Shown here: in pieces, positions 51,523 through 61,145 of the stretch
How the letters are laid out: every line of letters begins with the position of its first letter
How positions within the stretch are numbered: the stretch's first letter is position 1
Origin: Lachnospiraceae bacterium
Lineage (GTDB): Bacteria > Bacillota > Clostridia > Lachnospirales > Lachnospiraceae
Assembly: GCA_045617725.1 (NCBI GenBank)
Contig: JAZLJD010000054.1
Location: 645-64,644, forward strand
DNA: 64,000 bases
Direction: 5' to 3'
The notes under the pieces: generated by a model
Told to the model about the DNA's origin: nothing
Database searches by the model: none
What the model saw: only the letters and a program-made list of their open reading frames with translations
Made by a program: the position numbers and the translations under genes

Positions 51523-52908
51523 ATGGAACGTTTTAAGGAGAATACTGTAACAATTTCAGAAGATGGAATGACAGCATGGCTGTACCTGGTCCCTCCTACA
51601 GAATCGGAGGAGTACGACCCGGAAGAGCTTTCCCTTTTGTTGCAGGAACATGAGATTCTTTTTGGCGTCAACCATTCAAACCTCGTGGGCATGTGCCGCA
51701 AGAAGATCTATCACCGCAGCGTCAAGATTGCCGAGGGCAGGCGTGCGGAGATGGGCGAGGAAGGCTATTACGAATTTTATTTTGAACAGGATATAGACCG
51801 CAAGCACCCGAAGATTCGCGAGGACGGTTCGACGGATTACTCCAGCATGAGCATTTTGAACAATGTGAATGAGGGAGATCATCTTGCAACGTATCATCCG
51901 GCCAAGCAGGGCCGTAACGGCAAGACGGTAACCGGAGAAATCGTGGAAGGTACGTTTGCCAAGGACCTGGCGGCGCTTGTCTGCAACGGTTGCAGCAATG
52001 AAGAAAACGAACATGAATACTATGCACTTGTAAGCGGCAAGGTGGAATACGATTTCGGCAAGCTGTCCGTCCTGAAGGTTCATACGGTCGGCGGTGACGT
52101 GGATTCCCTTATGGGCAAGGTTGAGTTCTTTGGCGACGTTGTAATCTGTGGCAATGTGTCGGCCGGCTCCGTGATTCGTGCCGGTAAGTCGCTTACCATC
52201 GAAGGCACCGTAGAGGGCGCCACCATCTATGCAGGCGGCGACATCATCTTAAAACGCGGTGTGCAGGGCGGCAACAAGGGCAAAATAGTAACCCGCGGCA
52301 ACCTGATGGCTGAATTTATTGAACATTGTGAGGTTCAGGCAGCCGGAAATGTCAATAGCAACGTTATTTTGAACAGTGAGATAGAGGCGGAAGGTCAGGT
52401 GATTCTGACGGGACGCAAGGGCTGCATTCTGGGCGGTCATACGCACGCAACGCACGGTATTTCCGCAACGGATATCGGCAACGCGGTGGAACTTCCCACC
52501 AGTGTGCATGTCGGCGTGCAGGCCGAGGTATACGAGCATCGTCTGGCAGTCAACCGTCAGATGGCCGAGATTACCGAGAAGGTCAACGGCATGGTAGATG
52601 AAATCGTCGGACTCATGCGACTTCGAAACGCCGGCAAGCTTTCCCCGGACCAGCATCACCATCTTGTGGATTTACTGGAGGCCAAAAACGAAATCCAGTC
52701 CTACATCAATGCCATGAAGGCAGACCTGCAGGAAACGGATGAAGCCATTATGGCTTGTGCCGGAAGCAAGATTCGCGTGGAAGGCTCCGTTTACGGCGGT
52801 GTTTCTCTGGGCATTGACAACAGCCGTATCCTGATTTCACAAAAGGTTAATTACACGGAATTTCGGAATGAATCCGGTATGATCGAAACCGAGGTCATTG
52901 TAATGTAA
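51523..52908 (+). CDS. FapA/DUF342-family protein
   Basis: 461 aa. N-terminal ...ISEDGMTAWLYLVPP and a repetitive beta-helix-like middle (G.V.G.I.A.G.I) with a C-terminal coiled coil. Confidence 0.65.
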   Translation: MERFKENTVTISEDGMTAWLYLVPPTESEEYDPEELSLLLQEHEILFGVNHSNLVGMCRKKIYHRSVKIAEGRRAEMGEEGYYEFYFEQDIDRKHPKIREDGSTDYSSMSILNNVNEGDHLATYHPAKQGRNGKTVTGEIVEGTFAKDLAALVCNGCSNEENEHEYYALVSGKVEYDFGKLSVLKVHTVGGDVDSLMGKVEFFGDVVICGNVSAGSVIRAGKSLTIEGTVEGATIYAGGDIILKRGVQGGNKGKIVTRGNLMAEFIEHCEVQAAGNVNSNVILNSEIEAEGQVILTGRKGCILGGHTHATHGISATDIGNAVELPTSVHVGVQAEVYEHRLAVNRQMAEITEKVNGMVDEIVGLMRLRNAGKLSPDQHHHLVDLLEAKNEIQSYINAMKADLQETDEAIMACAGSKIRVEGSVYGGVSLGIDNSRILISQKVNYTEFRNESGMIETEVIVM

Positions 52909-54242
52909 TGAAACAATGTGATTCTTACGAGGAGGCAGTTACCTGCCTCCTCGATACACCTAAATTCACAACCAAGAATCCCATGGGGGCGACACGGGCC
53001 TTTTACGAATACCTGGGCTGTCCCGGTTCGGAGTCACATATCATTCATGTGGCAGGGACGAACGGTAAGGGCTCCGTATGTGCTTACATGGAGCGTATCT
53101 TAACAAAAGCGGGCTATCGGACCGCTTTATTTACGTCTCCGCATCTTGTTGACATTCGCGAGAGAATGCGGGTCGATTTTGAAATGATTTCCAAGGAGGA
53201 TTTTTTGAGAGAGTATCGGCTCCTCTGCGACTTCGTGGCTTCGTATCAGGCCCGGACTTCGTATGAACCTACTTTTTTTGAAATCCTTTTTTTCATGGGA
53301 ATGCTTTGGTTTAAGGAGCAAAAGACAGATTTTATCGTGCTGGAAACGGGCCTGGGCGGCAGGCTGGACGCTACGAATGTGGTGACGGAGCCGGTAATGT
53401 GCATCATCACGGAAGTGGGACTTGACCACATGGAGTACCTGGGTGATACGGTTTCCAAAATCGCAGGCGAAAAAGCAGGCATCGTAAAACAGGGGGTTCC
53501 GCTCGTGGCTTTATCGGGAGGCACGGACACGGATCCCGTGTACGAGGCGGCCTGCAGGAAGCAAAATGCAGAGCTTTATCTGGTTCCCGAGACGGTTTCC
53601 ACGGAGGTTTGCTTTGGGGAAAATGGCATTGATTTTTCATTTATATACCGATATTATAAATATGCCGGCTTACATATCGGCAGTACGGCGGCGTATCAGG
53701 TGACGAATGCGTCCCTGGCAGTGGCTGCCGCGAGCATCCTTTCAAAGCGTTTCAAGGTTCCCACGGAAGCGATTTATGCGGGTCTTTCCGAGATGGTCTG
53801 GGAGGGACGCATGGAGGAACTCATGCCGGGACTTTTCGTGGACGGAGCGCACAACATCCCCGGAATACATGCTTTTTTGCAGGCAGTATCCCATGACGGA
53901 TGCACAGAGCGTGCACTTATATTTGCCGCAGTGCGTGACAAGGCTTACCCCGAAATGATTTCCGATATCGTAAGCAGCGGTTTGTTTACAAAGGCCTGCA
54001 TCACCGAAATTTCCGGTTCCCGGAATCTTGAGGTGGAGAAGATGCGGGAGGAATTTATTCATAACGGATTTTCGGATATCTGCATTTGTGAGCAGCCCGG
54101 GGAGGCACTTTTGTATGCCATGGACCTCGCAAGAAGCGGTATCCGGTGTTACATAGCCGGTTCTCTTTATCTGGTCGGAATGATGAAAGAGTGTTTTGGC
54201 CGGTTGGCTTCCACAGATATAGGCGGAGAAGAACATGATTGA
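52908..54242 (+). CDS. folC: Folylpolyglutamate synthase/dihydrofolate synthase
   Basis: HVAGTNGKGS P-loop and Mur-ligase-like layout. Follows valS, as is common in Firmicutes. Confidence 0.9.
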   Translation: MKQCDSYEEAVTCLLDTPKFTTKNPMGATRAFYEYLGCPGSESHIIHVAGTNGKGSVCAYMERILTKAGYRTALFTSPHLVDIRERMRVDFEMISKEDFLREYRLLCDFVASYQARTSYEPTFFEILFFMGMLWFKEQKTDFIVLETGLGGRLDATNVVTEPVMCIITEVGLDHMEYLGDTVSKIAGEKAGIVKQGVPLVALSGGTDTDPVYEAACRKQNAELYLVPETVSTEVCFGENGIDFSFIYRYYKYAGLHIGSTAAYQVTNASLAVAAASILSKRFKVPTEAIYAGLSEMVWEGRMEELMPGLFVDGAHNIPGIHAFLQAVSHDGCTERALIFAAVRDKAYPEMISDIVSSGLFTKACITEISGSRNLEVEKMREEFIHNGFSDICICEQPGEALLYAMDLARSGIRCYIAGSLYLVGMMKECFGRLASTDIGGEEHD

Positions 54243-54396
54243 TTTTGAACAGGAACTGAAGAAATTTCATCCCTCACTGGAGATTGATGAAGCGGGAGAC
54301 TTACTTGAGAATAAGGATTACGACGATATCGCGGATCTTTTGGTTCGTTTTGTAAAGGAGTCTAAGGAGACTGCACAGGGTGAAGCTGAGGAGTAA
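54235..54396 (+). CDS. Small acidic protein (53 aa), absent from the ORF track
   Basis: ATG 54235 lies 6 nt after GGAG and overlaps the folC stop (ATGATTGA). MIDFEQELKKFHPSLEIDEAGDLLENKDYDDIADLLVRFVKESKETAQGEAEE. The TAA ends 3 nt before the next ATG. Confidence 0.45.
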   Translation: MIDFEQELKKFHPSLEIDEAGDLLENKDYDDIADLLVRFVKESKETAQGEAEE

Positions 54397-54399
54397 GCC

Positions 54400-55779
54400 A
54401 TGAGATGTTATAATTGCGGAATGGCATTGTCGGAGAAAGACTACTGTACCGGCTGCGGCAGCGATGTGCGTCTTTATAAGAAGATTGTCTATACGTCGAA
54501 CAGGCTCTACAATGAAGGCCTTGAGAAAGCGCAGGTACGCAACCTTTCGGGGGCAGCGGAGTCCCTTCGTGAATGCCTTAAATTAAATAAGAATAATATT
54601 GAGGCCCGGAACCTTCTTGGCCTTGTGTATTATGAGTGCGGGGAAGTGGCTTCGGCACTGGCAGAATGGGTTGTGTCCCGTTCCATGAGGCCCAAAAAGA
54701 ATCTGGCGGACGATTATTTAAGCGCCATTCAGAATAATCCTGCCGTAATCGCCCGGATGAACCAGATGGTCAAAAAGTACAATCTGGCCCTTGCTTACAG
54801 CGAACAGGGCGGCTACGATATTGCAATCATACAGCTTAAGAAGGTGCTTACGCTGAATCCTCAGTTTTTGAAGGCACGTCAGCTTCTGGCACTTTTATAC
54901 ATACAGGACGGCAATTACCAAAAGGCCAAAGCAGAACTAGAAGCAGCCCTTAAGGTGGATGCCGGTAATCTCCTGACGGTGCGTTACTTAAAGGAAGTGA
55001 AGGAGCAGGCCCCTTCGGAGGAAGCTCCCAAAAAGGAAGAGGCACGTACCTACAAGGTGGACAATCAGACGATTATCCAGCCCATTAACCGCCGTGAACG
55101 TACCATCTTCACCACGGCAGTGAACCTGATTATCGGTATTGCACTCGGCGTGGCACTTTCCTGGTATTGCATCATGCCCAACCGGATCGACAGTGCAAGG
55201 CATGCGTCGGACAGCCAGCTTGTGAGCATCAGCGAGCAGCTTGACAGCAAGACCAGCCGGATCAGCCAGCTCCAGAAGGAAATCGAGGAGCAGAAGAGCG
55301 ACAATATTCTTCTTCGCGAGGAGATTGCTCAATACGAAGGAACAGATACGGTCATGGAGGAACTTAATAAGCTTCTCCTGGCTGCGGATACATTTGCGGA
55401 TACGGAGCTTGGCGTTACGGAGAAGGCGGTAGCGATTCTTAATCTGGACGAGGAACGTCTCATGACGATTGAGGATGCAAGCTACATTAATCTCTATCGC
55501 AAGATGTACAATGCGGTTGCCATGGATGCGGCTGTGGAATTCTATAACGAAGGGCTTGCGGCCTTTCGGAACGGCGATTACGAGAAGGCTGTCACGGAGC
55601 TTGAATATGCTGCGACCTTCAATCCGGAGGATGCATATGTCTGGTACAATCTGGGCAAGTCCTGCCGCCTGGGCGGCGATGCAAGTCGGGCCGTGGAAGC
55701 GTTCCAAAAGGTAATCGAGCTGGTTCCCGGCAGTGAGAGAGCCAAACAGTCACAGGTATACATTAACGAATTATCATAA
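54400..55779 (+). CDS. Zinc-ribbon/TPR-repeat membrane protein
   Basis: N-terminal CYNCG...CTGCG. TPR-like repeats either side of one TM helix (FTTAVNLIIGIALGVALSWYCI), plus a coiled-coil segment. Confidence 0.7.
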   Translation: MRCYNCGMALSEKDYCTGCGSDVRLYKKIVYTSNRLYNEGLEKAQVRNLSGAAESLRECLKLNKNNIEARNLLGLVYYECGEVASALAEWVVSRSMRPKKNLADDYLSAIQNNPAVIARMNQMVKKYNLALAYSEQGGYDIAIIQLKKVLTLNPQFLKARQLLALLYIQDGNYQKAKAELEAALKVDAGNLLTVRYLKEVKEQAPSEEAPKKEEARTYKVDNQTIIQPINRRERTIFTTAVNLIIGIALGVALSWYCIMPNRIDSARHASDSQLVSISEQLDSKTSRISQLQKEIEEQKSDNILLREEIAQYEGTDTVMEELNKLLLAADTFADTELGVTEKAVAILNLDEERLMTIEDASYINLYRKMYNAVAMDAAVEFYNEGLAAFRNGDYEKAVTELEYAATFNPEDAYVWYNLGKSCRLGGDASRAVEAFQKVIELVPGSERAKQSQVYINELS

Positions 55780-55791
55780 GAGGAGGTACGG

Positions 55792-56856
55792 ATGATGAAA
55801 AAACAGATCTTGTCAGTCATGATGCTGCTTTTCACATCCGTATTTTTTGTTGCCTGTACGCACGGGCAGGGAGCCCATACGACGGAAGGCATGCAGGCCC
55901 TTGCGGAATACCGCTACGAGGATGCCGTTACATGCTTTCGGGAGGCCGAAGACGCCGGCGAGGAAGAAATTTATTTTTGGCGCGGCCTGGGAATCGCCCA
56001 TATGGGGCTTCTGGATTACGAAACGGCCGTGACGGATTTTAAGACGGCACTTTCCGAGAACGGCATGGTGGTGGACAGTCTCACCGTGGACATCAATTAC
56101 TATCTGGCAGCCTGTTACTATAAGCTGGGGCGGTACGAGGACAGTATTCAAATCTACGATGCGATTTTGAATTACAAAAAGAAGGATGCGGATGCGTTTT
56201 TCCTGCGCGGTAATGCGAGACTGTATCTTTCGGATTACGCGCTTGCGGCGGAGGATTTCGATGCGGCCATCGCGGCTGCGGAGCACCCCGTGGACATGAG
56301 CGTGGATGTTTATCTGGCGTATTCGGATGCGGGCGACGAAGCACGCGGCAAGGCATATCTTGAGAATGGCAAGGCCCTTAAGAAAGGACTTTTGACGCCC
56401 ATTGAGGAGGGCAGGCTTTACTTCTACCTCGGCGACTACAAGACGGCGGTCGAGAAGCTTGAGGTACTCCGTGAAAAAGACGATGCCGATGCGGAGGCAC
56501 TGCTTCTTTTGGGCCGGGCTTACGAGGCACTCGGGGATTGGAATTACGCAACCATGGTGTACGACAAGTATGTGTCGAATTATCCCGTGAAGGATGCAAG
56601 GTCGGCGGGCATCTATAACCGCCTGGGCATGCTGTATCTGGAAAGCGGAGATTCCGTGAAGGCACTTCAGGCTTTCTCGGAGGCGATGCAGATCCCGGAC
56701 AACGGAATCATGCAGACCCTTAAGTTCAACGAGATTGTGGCGTATGAACGGGGCGGCGATTTCGCGACGGCGGAAGTATTGATGAACGATTACCTCAAGA
56801 TCTATCCGGATGATGAGGTGGCACAAAAAGAATACATATTCTTAAGTACGAGATAG
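55792..56856 (+). CDS. TPR-repeat lipoprotein
   Basis: Lipobox-like FFVACTHG and multiple TPR-like A/Y/L-rich repeats. Confidence 0.7.
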   Translation: MMKKQILSVMMLLFTSVFFVACTHGQGAHTTEGMQALAEYRYEDAVTCFREAEDAGEEEIYFWRGLGIAHMGLLDYETAVTDFKTALSENGMVVDSLTVDINYYLAACYYKLGRYEDSIQIYDAILNYKKKDADAFFLRGNARLYLSDYALAAEDFDAAIAAAEHPVDMSVDVYLAYSDAGDEARGKAYLENGKALKKGLLTPIEEGRLYFYLGDYKTAVEKLEVLREKDDADAEALLLLGRAYEALGDWNYATMVYDKYVSNYPVKDARSAGIYNRLGMLYLESGDSVKALQAFSEAMQIPDNGIMQTLKFNEIVAYERGGDFATAEVLMNDYLKIYPDDEVAQKEYIFLSTR

Positions 56857-56858
56857 AC

Positions 56859-56890
56859 GGGGGTTCCCAAAGGGCGGGAATCCCTTTTTT
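56859..56890 (+). terminator. Rho-independent terminator after the TPR genes
   Basis: ggggttccc / gggaatccc stem (one G-U pair) followed by tttttt. Confidence 0.7.
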
Positions 56891-56948
56891 ATGGGCATTT
56901 TCAGCCACCGGTTTACTATAATTATGAAGTTATGTAAATTGCACAAAA

Positions 56949-56996
56949 CTACAATATATAGTACGGAAAATAAAAAAGTGAGTATAGATATTGTGT
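56949..56996. promoter_or_regulatory. Two NrdR-box-like palindromes
   Basis: CTACAATATATAGTAC (56949-56964) and AGTATAGATATTGTGT (56981-56996). Starts are 32 bp apart, and each matches 12/16 of the acaCwAtATaTwGtgt-type consensus. Confidence 0.5.
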
Positions 56997-57002
56997 TTTA
57001 CC

Positions 57003-57031
57003 TTGACTTGCCAAAAACTCCTTGCTACAAT
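57003..57031 (+). promoter_or_regulatory. Sigma-A-type promoter for nrdD
   Basis: TTGACT (57003-57008), 17-nt spacer, TACAAT (57026-57031). Confidence 0.55.
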
Positions 57032-57077
57032 GTTTTCAGATGGCGTGAGGGCGCCATATTAGGGAAGGAGAAATACC

Positions 57078-59468
57078 ATGTTTAATGTAGTCAAGAGAGA
57101 TGGCGTGGTTACGGATTTTAACTTAACCAAGATTTCTGATGCCATCATGAAAGCGTTCAATGCAACTGAGGTTCAGTATTCCAATGATATCATTGACCTG
57201 CTTGCATTGCGCGTTACCGCGGATTTTCAACCGAAGGTGAAGGAAGAAGGAATCCATGTAGAGGATATCCAGGACAGTATCGAGAAGGTTTTGGAGCAGG
57301 CCGGTTACGCCGAAGTTGCCAAGGCATTCATTCTCTATCGTAAGCAGCATGAGAAGATGCGTGTCATGACTTCTACCATTCTTGACTATAAAGATGTTGT
57401 TAACAGCTATGTTAAAGTAGAAGACTGGCGTGTAAAGGAGAATTCTACCGTCACCTATTCAGTAGGTGGTCTGATTCTTTCCAACTCCGGTGCCGTAACA
57501 GCGAATTACTGGCTGTCCGAGATTTACGATGAGGAGATTGCAGAAGCACATCGTAATGCGGATATTCATATTCATGACCTTGCCATGTTAACCGGTTACT
57601 GCGCAGGCTGGTCATTAAAGCAGCTCATTAAAGAAGGCTTGGGCGGTATCCCCGGCAAGATTACTTCCGCACCCGCTAAACACTTATCCGTTCTGTGCAA
57701 TCAGATGGTTAACTTCCTGGGAATCATGCAGAACGAGTGGGCAGGAGCACAGGCATTTTCATCCTTTGATACCTATCTTGCACCGTTTGTAAAAGTAGAT
57801 CATCTTTCTTATCATGAGGTTAAGAAGTGCATCGAAGCCTTCATCTACGGCGTCAATACTCCCAGCCGTTGGGGTACACAGGCTCCCTTCTCCAATATTA
57901 CTTTGGACTGGACCGTTCCCGATGACCTGGCAGAACTTTCCGCCATTGTCGGTGGCGTTGAGATGGACTTCAAGTACAAGGATTGTAAAGCCGAGATGGA
58001 TATGGTTAATAAAGCCTTCATCGAGACGATGATCGAAGGCGATGCCAATGGTCGTGGCTTCCAGTACCCGATTCCCACCTATTCCATCACCAAGGACTTC
58101 GATTGGAGTGACACCGAGAATAACCGTTTGTTGTTCGAGATGACCAGCAAGTACGGAACTCCTTACTTCTCCAATTACATCAATTCCGATATGGCTCCTT
58201 CGGATGTTCGTTCCATGTGCTGCCGTCTGCGCCTCGATCTTCGTGAGCTTCGTAAGAAGACCGGCGGTTTCTTCGGCTCGGGCGAGTCTACCGGATCGGT
58301 CGGCGTTGTTACCATCAATATGCCTCGTATTGCATATTTATCTGCCAATAAAGACGAATTCTACAAGAGACTGAATCGCATGATGGACATTGCGGCTCGT
58401 TCCTTAAAGATCAAGAGAGGCGTTATCGGACGCCTCCTGGAAGAGGGTCTGTATCCTTATACCAAGAGATACTTAGGTTCCTTCGACAATCACTTCTCCA
58501 CCATCGGCCTCATCGGTATGAATGAGGTAGGCTTGAATGCTAATTGGCTCCGTGCGGATATGACCGCAACCGAGACGCAGGAATTCACCAAGGAAGTTCT
58601 GAACCATATGCGTAACAGACTTTCCGATTACCAGGAGCAGTACGGTGACCTCTATAACCTTGAGGCAACTCCCGCTGAGTCCACCACCTATCGTCTGGCC
58701 AAGCACGACCGCAAGAAGTGGCCCAACATCAAGACTGCAGGTCATCCCGGAGATGTTCCTTACTACACGAACTCCTCCCATCTGCCGGTTGATTACACAA
58801 CCGATATCTTCGATGCGTTGGATATTCAGGACGAACTTCAGACTTTATATACTTCAGGAACCGTATTCCATGCATTCCTGGGCGAGAAGCTTCCGGATTG
58901 GAAGGCAGCAGCAAGCCTCGTTCGTACGATTGCAGAAAACTACAGACTTCCTTACTATACATTGTCTCCTACCTATTCCATCTGCCGCGAGCACGGCTAT
59001 CTGGCAGGAGAGCAGAAGACCTGTCCCAAGTGCGGTTGCAAGACCGAGGTTTACAGCCGTATCACCGGTTACTATCGTCCCGTTCAGAACTGGAACGATG
59101 GCAAGACCCAGGAGTACGAGAACCGTACCGAGTATGTAATCGCTTCTTCCAGCTTAAAGAGACCGGTCAGCAGCGTGGTTACCATCAACAGTGCAAGCGA
59201 GGAGGTAACGGTGGATGTAGAGGCACCTTCCGACGTTAAGTACTTATTTACCACGAAGACCTGCCCGAACTGCAAGCTTGCCAAGTCCTATCTGGAAGGC
59301 ATTGATTACATCCTGATCGATGCGGAAGAGAACATGGAACTCGCCAAACGTTACGGAATCATGCAGGCACCGACTCTGGTTGTAGTAAATGGAGACCAAG
59401 TTGAAAAATATGTGAATGCTTCCAACATACGTAAGTATGTCCAGGCTACCACTGCTAAAATGGTTTAA
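57078..59468 (+). CDS. nrdD: Anaerobic (class III) ribonucleoside-triphosphate reductase with a C-terminal glutaredoxin/thioredoxin-fold extension
   Basis: N-terminal ATP-cone (VVKRDGVVTDFNLTKI), Zn ribbon CPKCGC, and glycyl-radical motif RITGYYRP. These are followed by about 105 extra residues containing CPNC and LIDAEEN...APTLVV. Confidence 0.9.
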   Translation: MFNVVKRDGVVTDFNLTKISDAIMKAFNATEVQYSNDIIDLLALRVTADFQPKVKEEGIHVEDIQDSIEKVLEQAGYAEVAKAFILYRKQHEKMRVMTSTILDYKDVVNSYVKVEDWRVKENSTVTYSVGGLILSNSGAVTANYWLSEIYDEEIAEAHRNADIHIHDLAMLTGYCAGWSLKQLIKEGLGGIPGKITSAPAKHLSVLCNQMVNFLGIMQNEWAGAQAFSSFDTYLAPFVKVDHLSYHEVKKCIEAFIYGVNTPSRWGTQAPFSNITLDWTVPDDLAELSAIVGGVEMDFKYKDCKAEMDMVNKAFIETMIEGDANGRGFQYPIPTYSITKDFDWSDTENNRLLFEMTSKYGTPYFSNYINSDMAPSDVRSMCCRLRLDLRELRKKTGGFFGSGESTGSVGVVTINMPRIAYLSANKDEFYKRLNRMMDIAARSLKIKRGVIGRLLEEGLYPYTKRYLGSFDNHFSTIGLIGMNEVGLNANWLRADMTATETQEFTKEVLNHMRNRLSDYQEQYGDLYNLEATPAESTTYRLAKHDRKKWPNIKTAGHPGDVPYYTNSSHLPVDYTTDIFDALDIQDELQTLYTSGTVFHAFLGEKLPDWKAAASLVRTIAENYRLPYYTLSPTYSICREHGYLAGEQKTCPKCGCKTEVYSRITGYYRPVQNWNDGKTQEYENRTEYVIASSSLKRPVSSVVTINSASEEVTVDVEAPSDVKYLFTTKTCPNCKLAKSYLEGIDYILIDAEENMELAKRYGIMQAPTLVVVNGDQVEKYVNASNIRKYVQATTAKMV

Positions 59469-59470
59469 GA

Positions 59471-59501
59471 AAAAGGCGCTGATCTCTGACCAGCGCCTTT
59501 T
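59471..59501 (+). terminator. Rho-independent terminator after nrdD
   Basis: ggcgctg / cagcgcc stem followed by tttt. Confidence 0.7.
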
Positions 59502-59526
59502 GAATAAATAATTAGGAGAAAACAAA

Positions 59527-60456
59527 ATGATTAACAAATTGATTGATTCCATCAAGAAGACGGAAGCCCCCATTGTGGTCGGACTGGATCCCATGCCGGA
59601 TTATATTCCGCCTTTCCTTCTTAAGGCAGCTTATAAGGAGTATGGCGAGACCCTGCGTGGTATCTCGGAAGCCGTACTTGCTTATAACAAGGGCATTATA
59701 GATGCCGTATGCGACCTCGTCCCTGCCGTAAAGCCGCAGATTGCCATGTATGAGCAGTTCGGCGTAGAGGGCCTTGTTGCATTCCAAAAGACCGTTGAAT
59801 ATGCCAAAGAAAAAGGTCTCCTCGTAATCGGTGACGTAAAGCGCGGTGACATCGGCTCCACCTCCAAGGCATACGCTGTGGCACACCTCGGCGGCGTTAT
59901 GGTCGGAAGTAATAAATTAAGTTCCTTCAATGAGGACTTTGCAACCGTCAATCCGTACCTCGGAAGTGACGGAATCAAACCCTTCTTAGATGTTTGCGAG
60001 ACGGAGAACAAGGGCGTCTTTATTCTTTGCAAGACCTCCAATCCCTCAAGCGGTGAATTCCAGGATCGCCTGATTGACGGCCGTCCTTTATATGAGCATG
60101 TCGGCGAGAAGATTGCTGCCTGGGCAGCAGAGTTCGGCGAGAAGACCGGCCAGACCGGCTACACGGCCGTAGGTGCCGTAGTAGGTGCAACCTATCCCGA
60201 GATGGGCGCCGTACTTCGTAAGATTATGCCCCGTTCCTTCATTTTAGTACCCGGTTACGGTGCACAGGGCGGCAAGGGAAGCGACTTAAAGCCCTTCTTC
60301 GATGCCGACGGTTTGGGCGCAATTGTAAATTCTTCCCGCGGAATTATTGCAGCTTACAAGCAGGAAGCGTATGCTTCTTACGGCGAGGAAGGTTATGCGG
60401 ATGCAGCACGTGCGGCCGTACTTGCCATGAAGAAAGACATCAATGAGAATATCTGA
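59527..60456 (+). CDS. pyrF: Orotidine 5'-phosphate decarboxylase (long, type 2)
   Basis: 309 aa. VVGLDP...KPQIAMYE...GDVKRGDIGST pattern. Confidence 0.9.
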   Translation: MINKLIDSIKKTEAPIVVGLDPMPDYIPPFLLKAAYKEYGETLRGISEAVLAYNKGIIDAVCDLVPAVKPQIAMYEQFGVEGLVAFQKTVEYAKEKGLLVIGDVKRGDIGSTSKAYAVAHLGGVMVGSNKLSSFNEDFATVNPYLGSDGIKPFLDVCETENKGVFILCKTSNPSSGEFQDRLIDGRPLYEHVGEKIAAWAAEFGEKTGQTGYTAVGAVVGATYPEMGAVLRKIMPRSFILVPGYGAQGGKGSDLKPFFDADGLGAIVNSSRGIIAAYKQEAYASYGEEGYADAARAAVLAMKKDINENI

Positions 60457-60470
60457 CAGGAGATAGTAAG

Positions 60471-61145
60471 ATGGAACAGTACAAGCAGGAATTTATTGAA
60501 TTTATGGTAGAAAGCGGCGTTCTGCGTTTCGGCAGCTTCGTAACGAAGTCCGGACGCAACACCCCCTTCTTCATTAACGCAGGCCTTTACAATACAGGCA
60601 GCCAGCTCAACCGCCTCGGCGAGTATTATGCAAGAGCCATTCATGATGCCTTCGGCACCGACTTCGACATTCTTTTTGGCCCCGCATACAAGGGCATTCC
60701 TTTAAGCGTAACGACGGCAGCCGCACTCTATCGTATGTACGGCGTGGACGTGGCTTACACCTCGAATCGTAAGGAGGCCAAAGACCATGGCGAGACCGGT
60801 ATTCTTCTGGGCGCTCCCATCAGCAAAGAGGATCGTATCATCTTCATCGAGGACGTTACCACTTCCGGTAAATCCATCGACGAAACCATGCCCATCATCA
60901 AAGCACAGGGCGGCGAGAATGTTCTGGGCCTCGTAATCAGCGTGGACCGCATGGAGCGTGGCAAGACGGAGAAGAGCGCACTTTCCGAGCTTCGGGAGAA
61001 CTACGGACTGAAGACCACCGCAATCGTTACCATGGCAGAGGTGGTTGAATATCTGTATGGCCGCGAGATCGGCGGCAAGGTCATCATTGATGACGAGATG
61101 AAGAAAGCAATTGATGCATATTACGCACAGTATGGAGCTATATGA
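60471..61145 (+). CDS. pyrE: Orotate phosphoribosyltransferase
   Basis: 224 aa. PRPP-binding IIFIEDVTTSGKS. Confidence 0.9.
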   Translation: MEQYKQEFIEFMVESGVLRFGSFVTKSGRNTPFFINAGLYNTGSQLNRLGEYYARAIHDAFGTDFDILFGPAYKGIPLSVTTAAALYRMYGVDVAYTSNRKEAKDHGETGILLGAPISKEDRIIFIEDVTTSGKSIDETMPIIKAQGGENVLGLVISVDRMERGKTEKSALSELRENYGLKTTAIVTMAEVVEYLYGREIGGKVIIDDEMKKAIDAYYAQYGAI

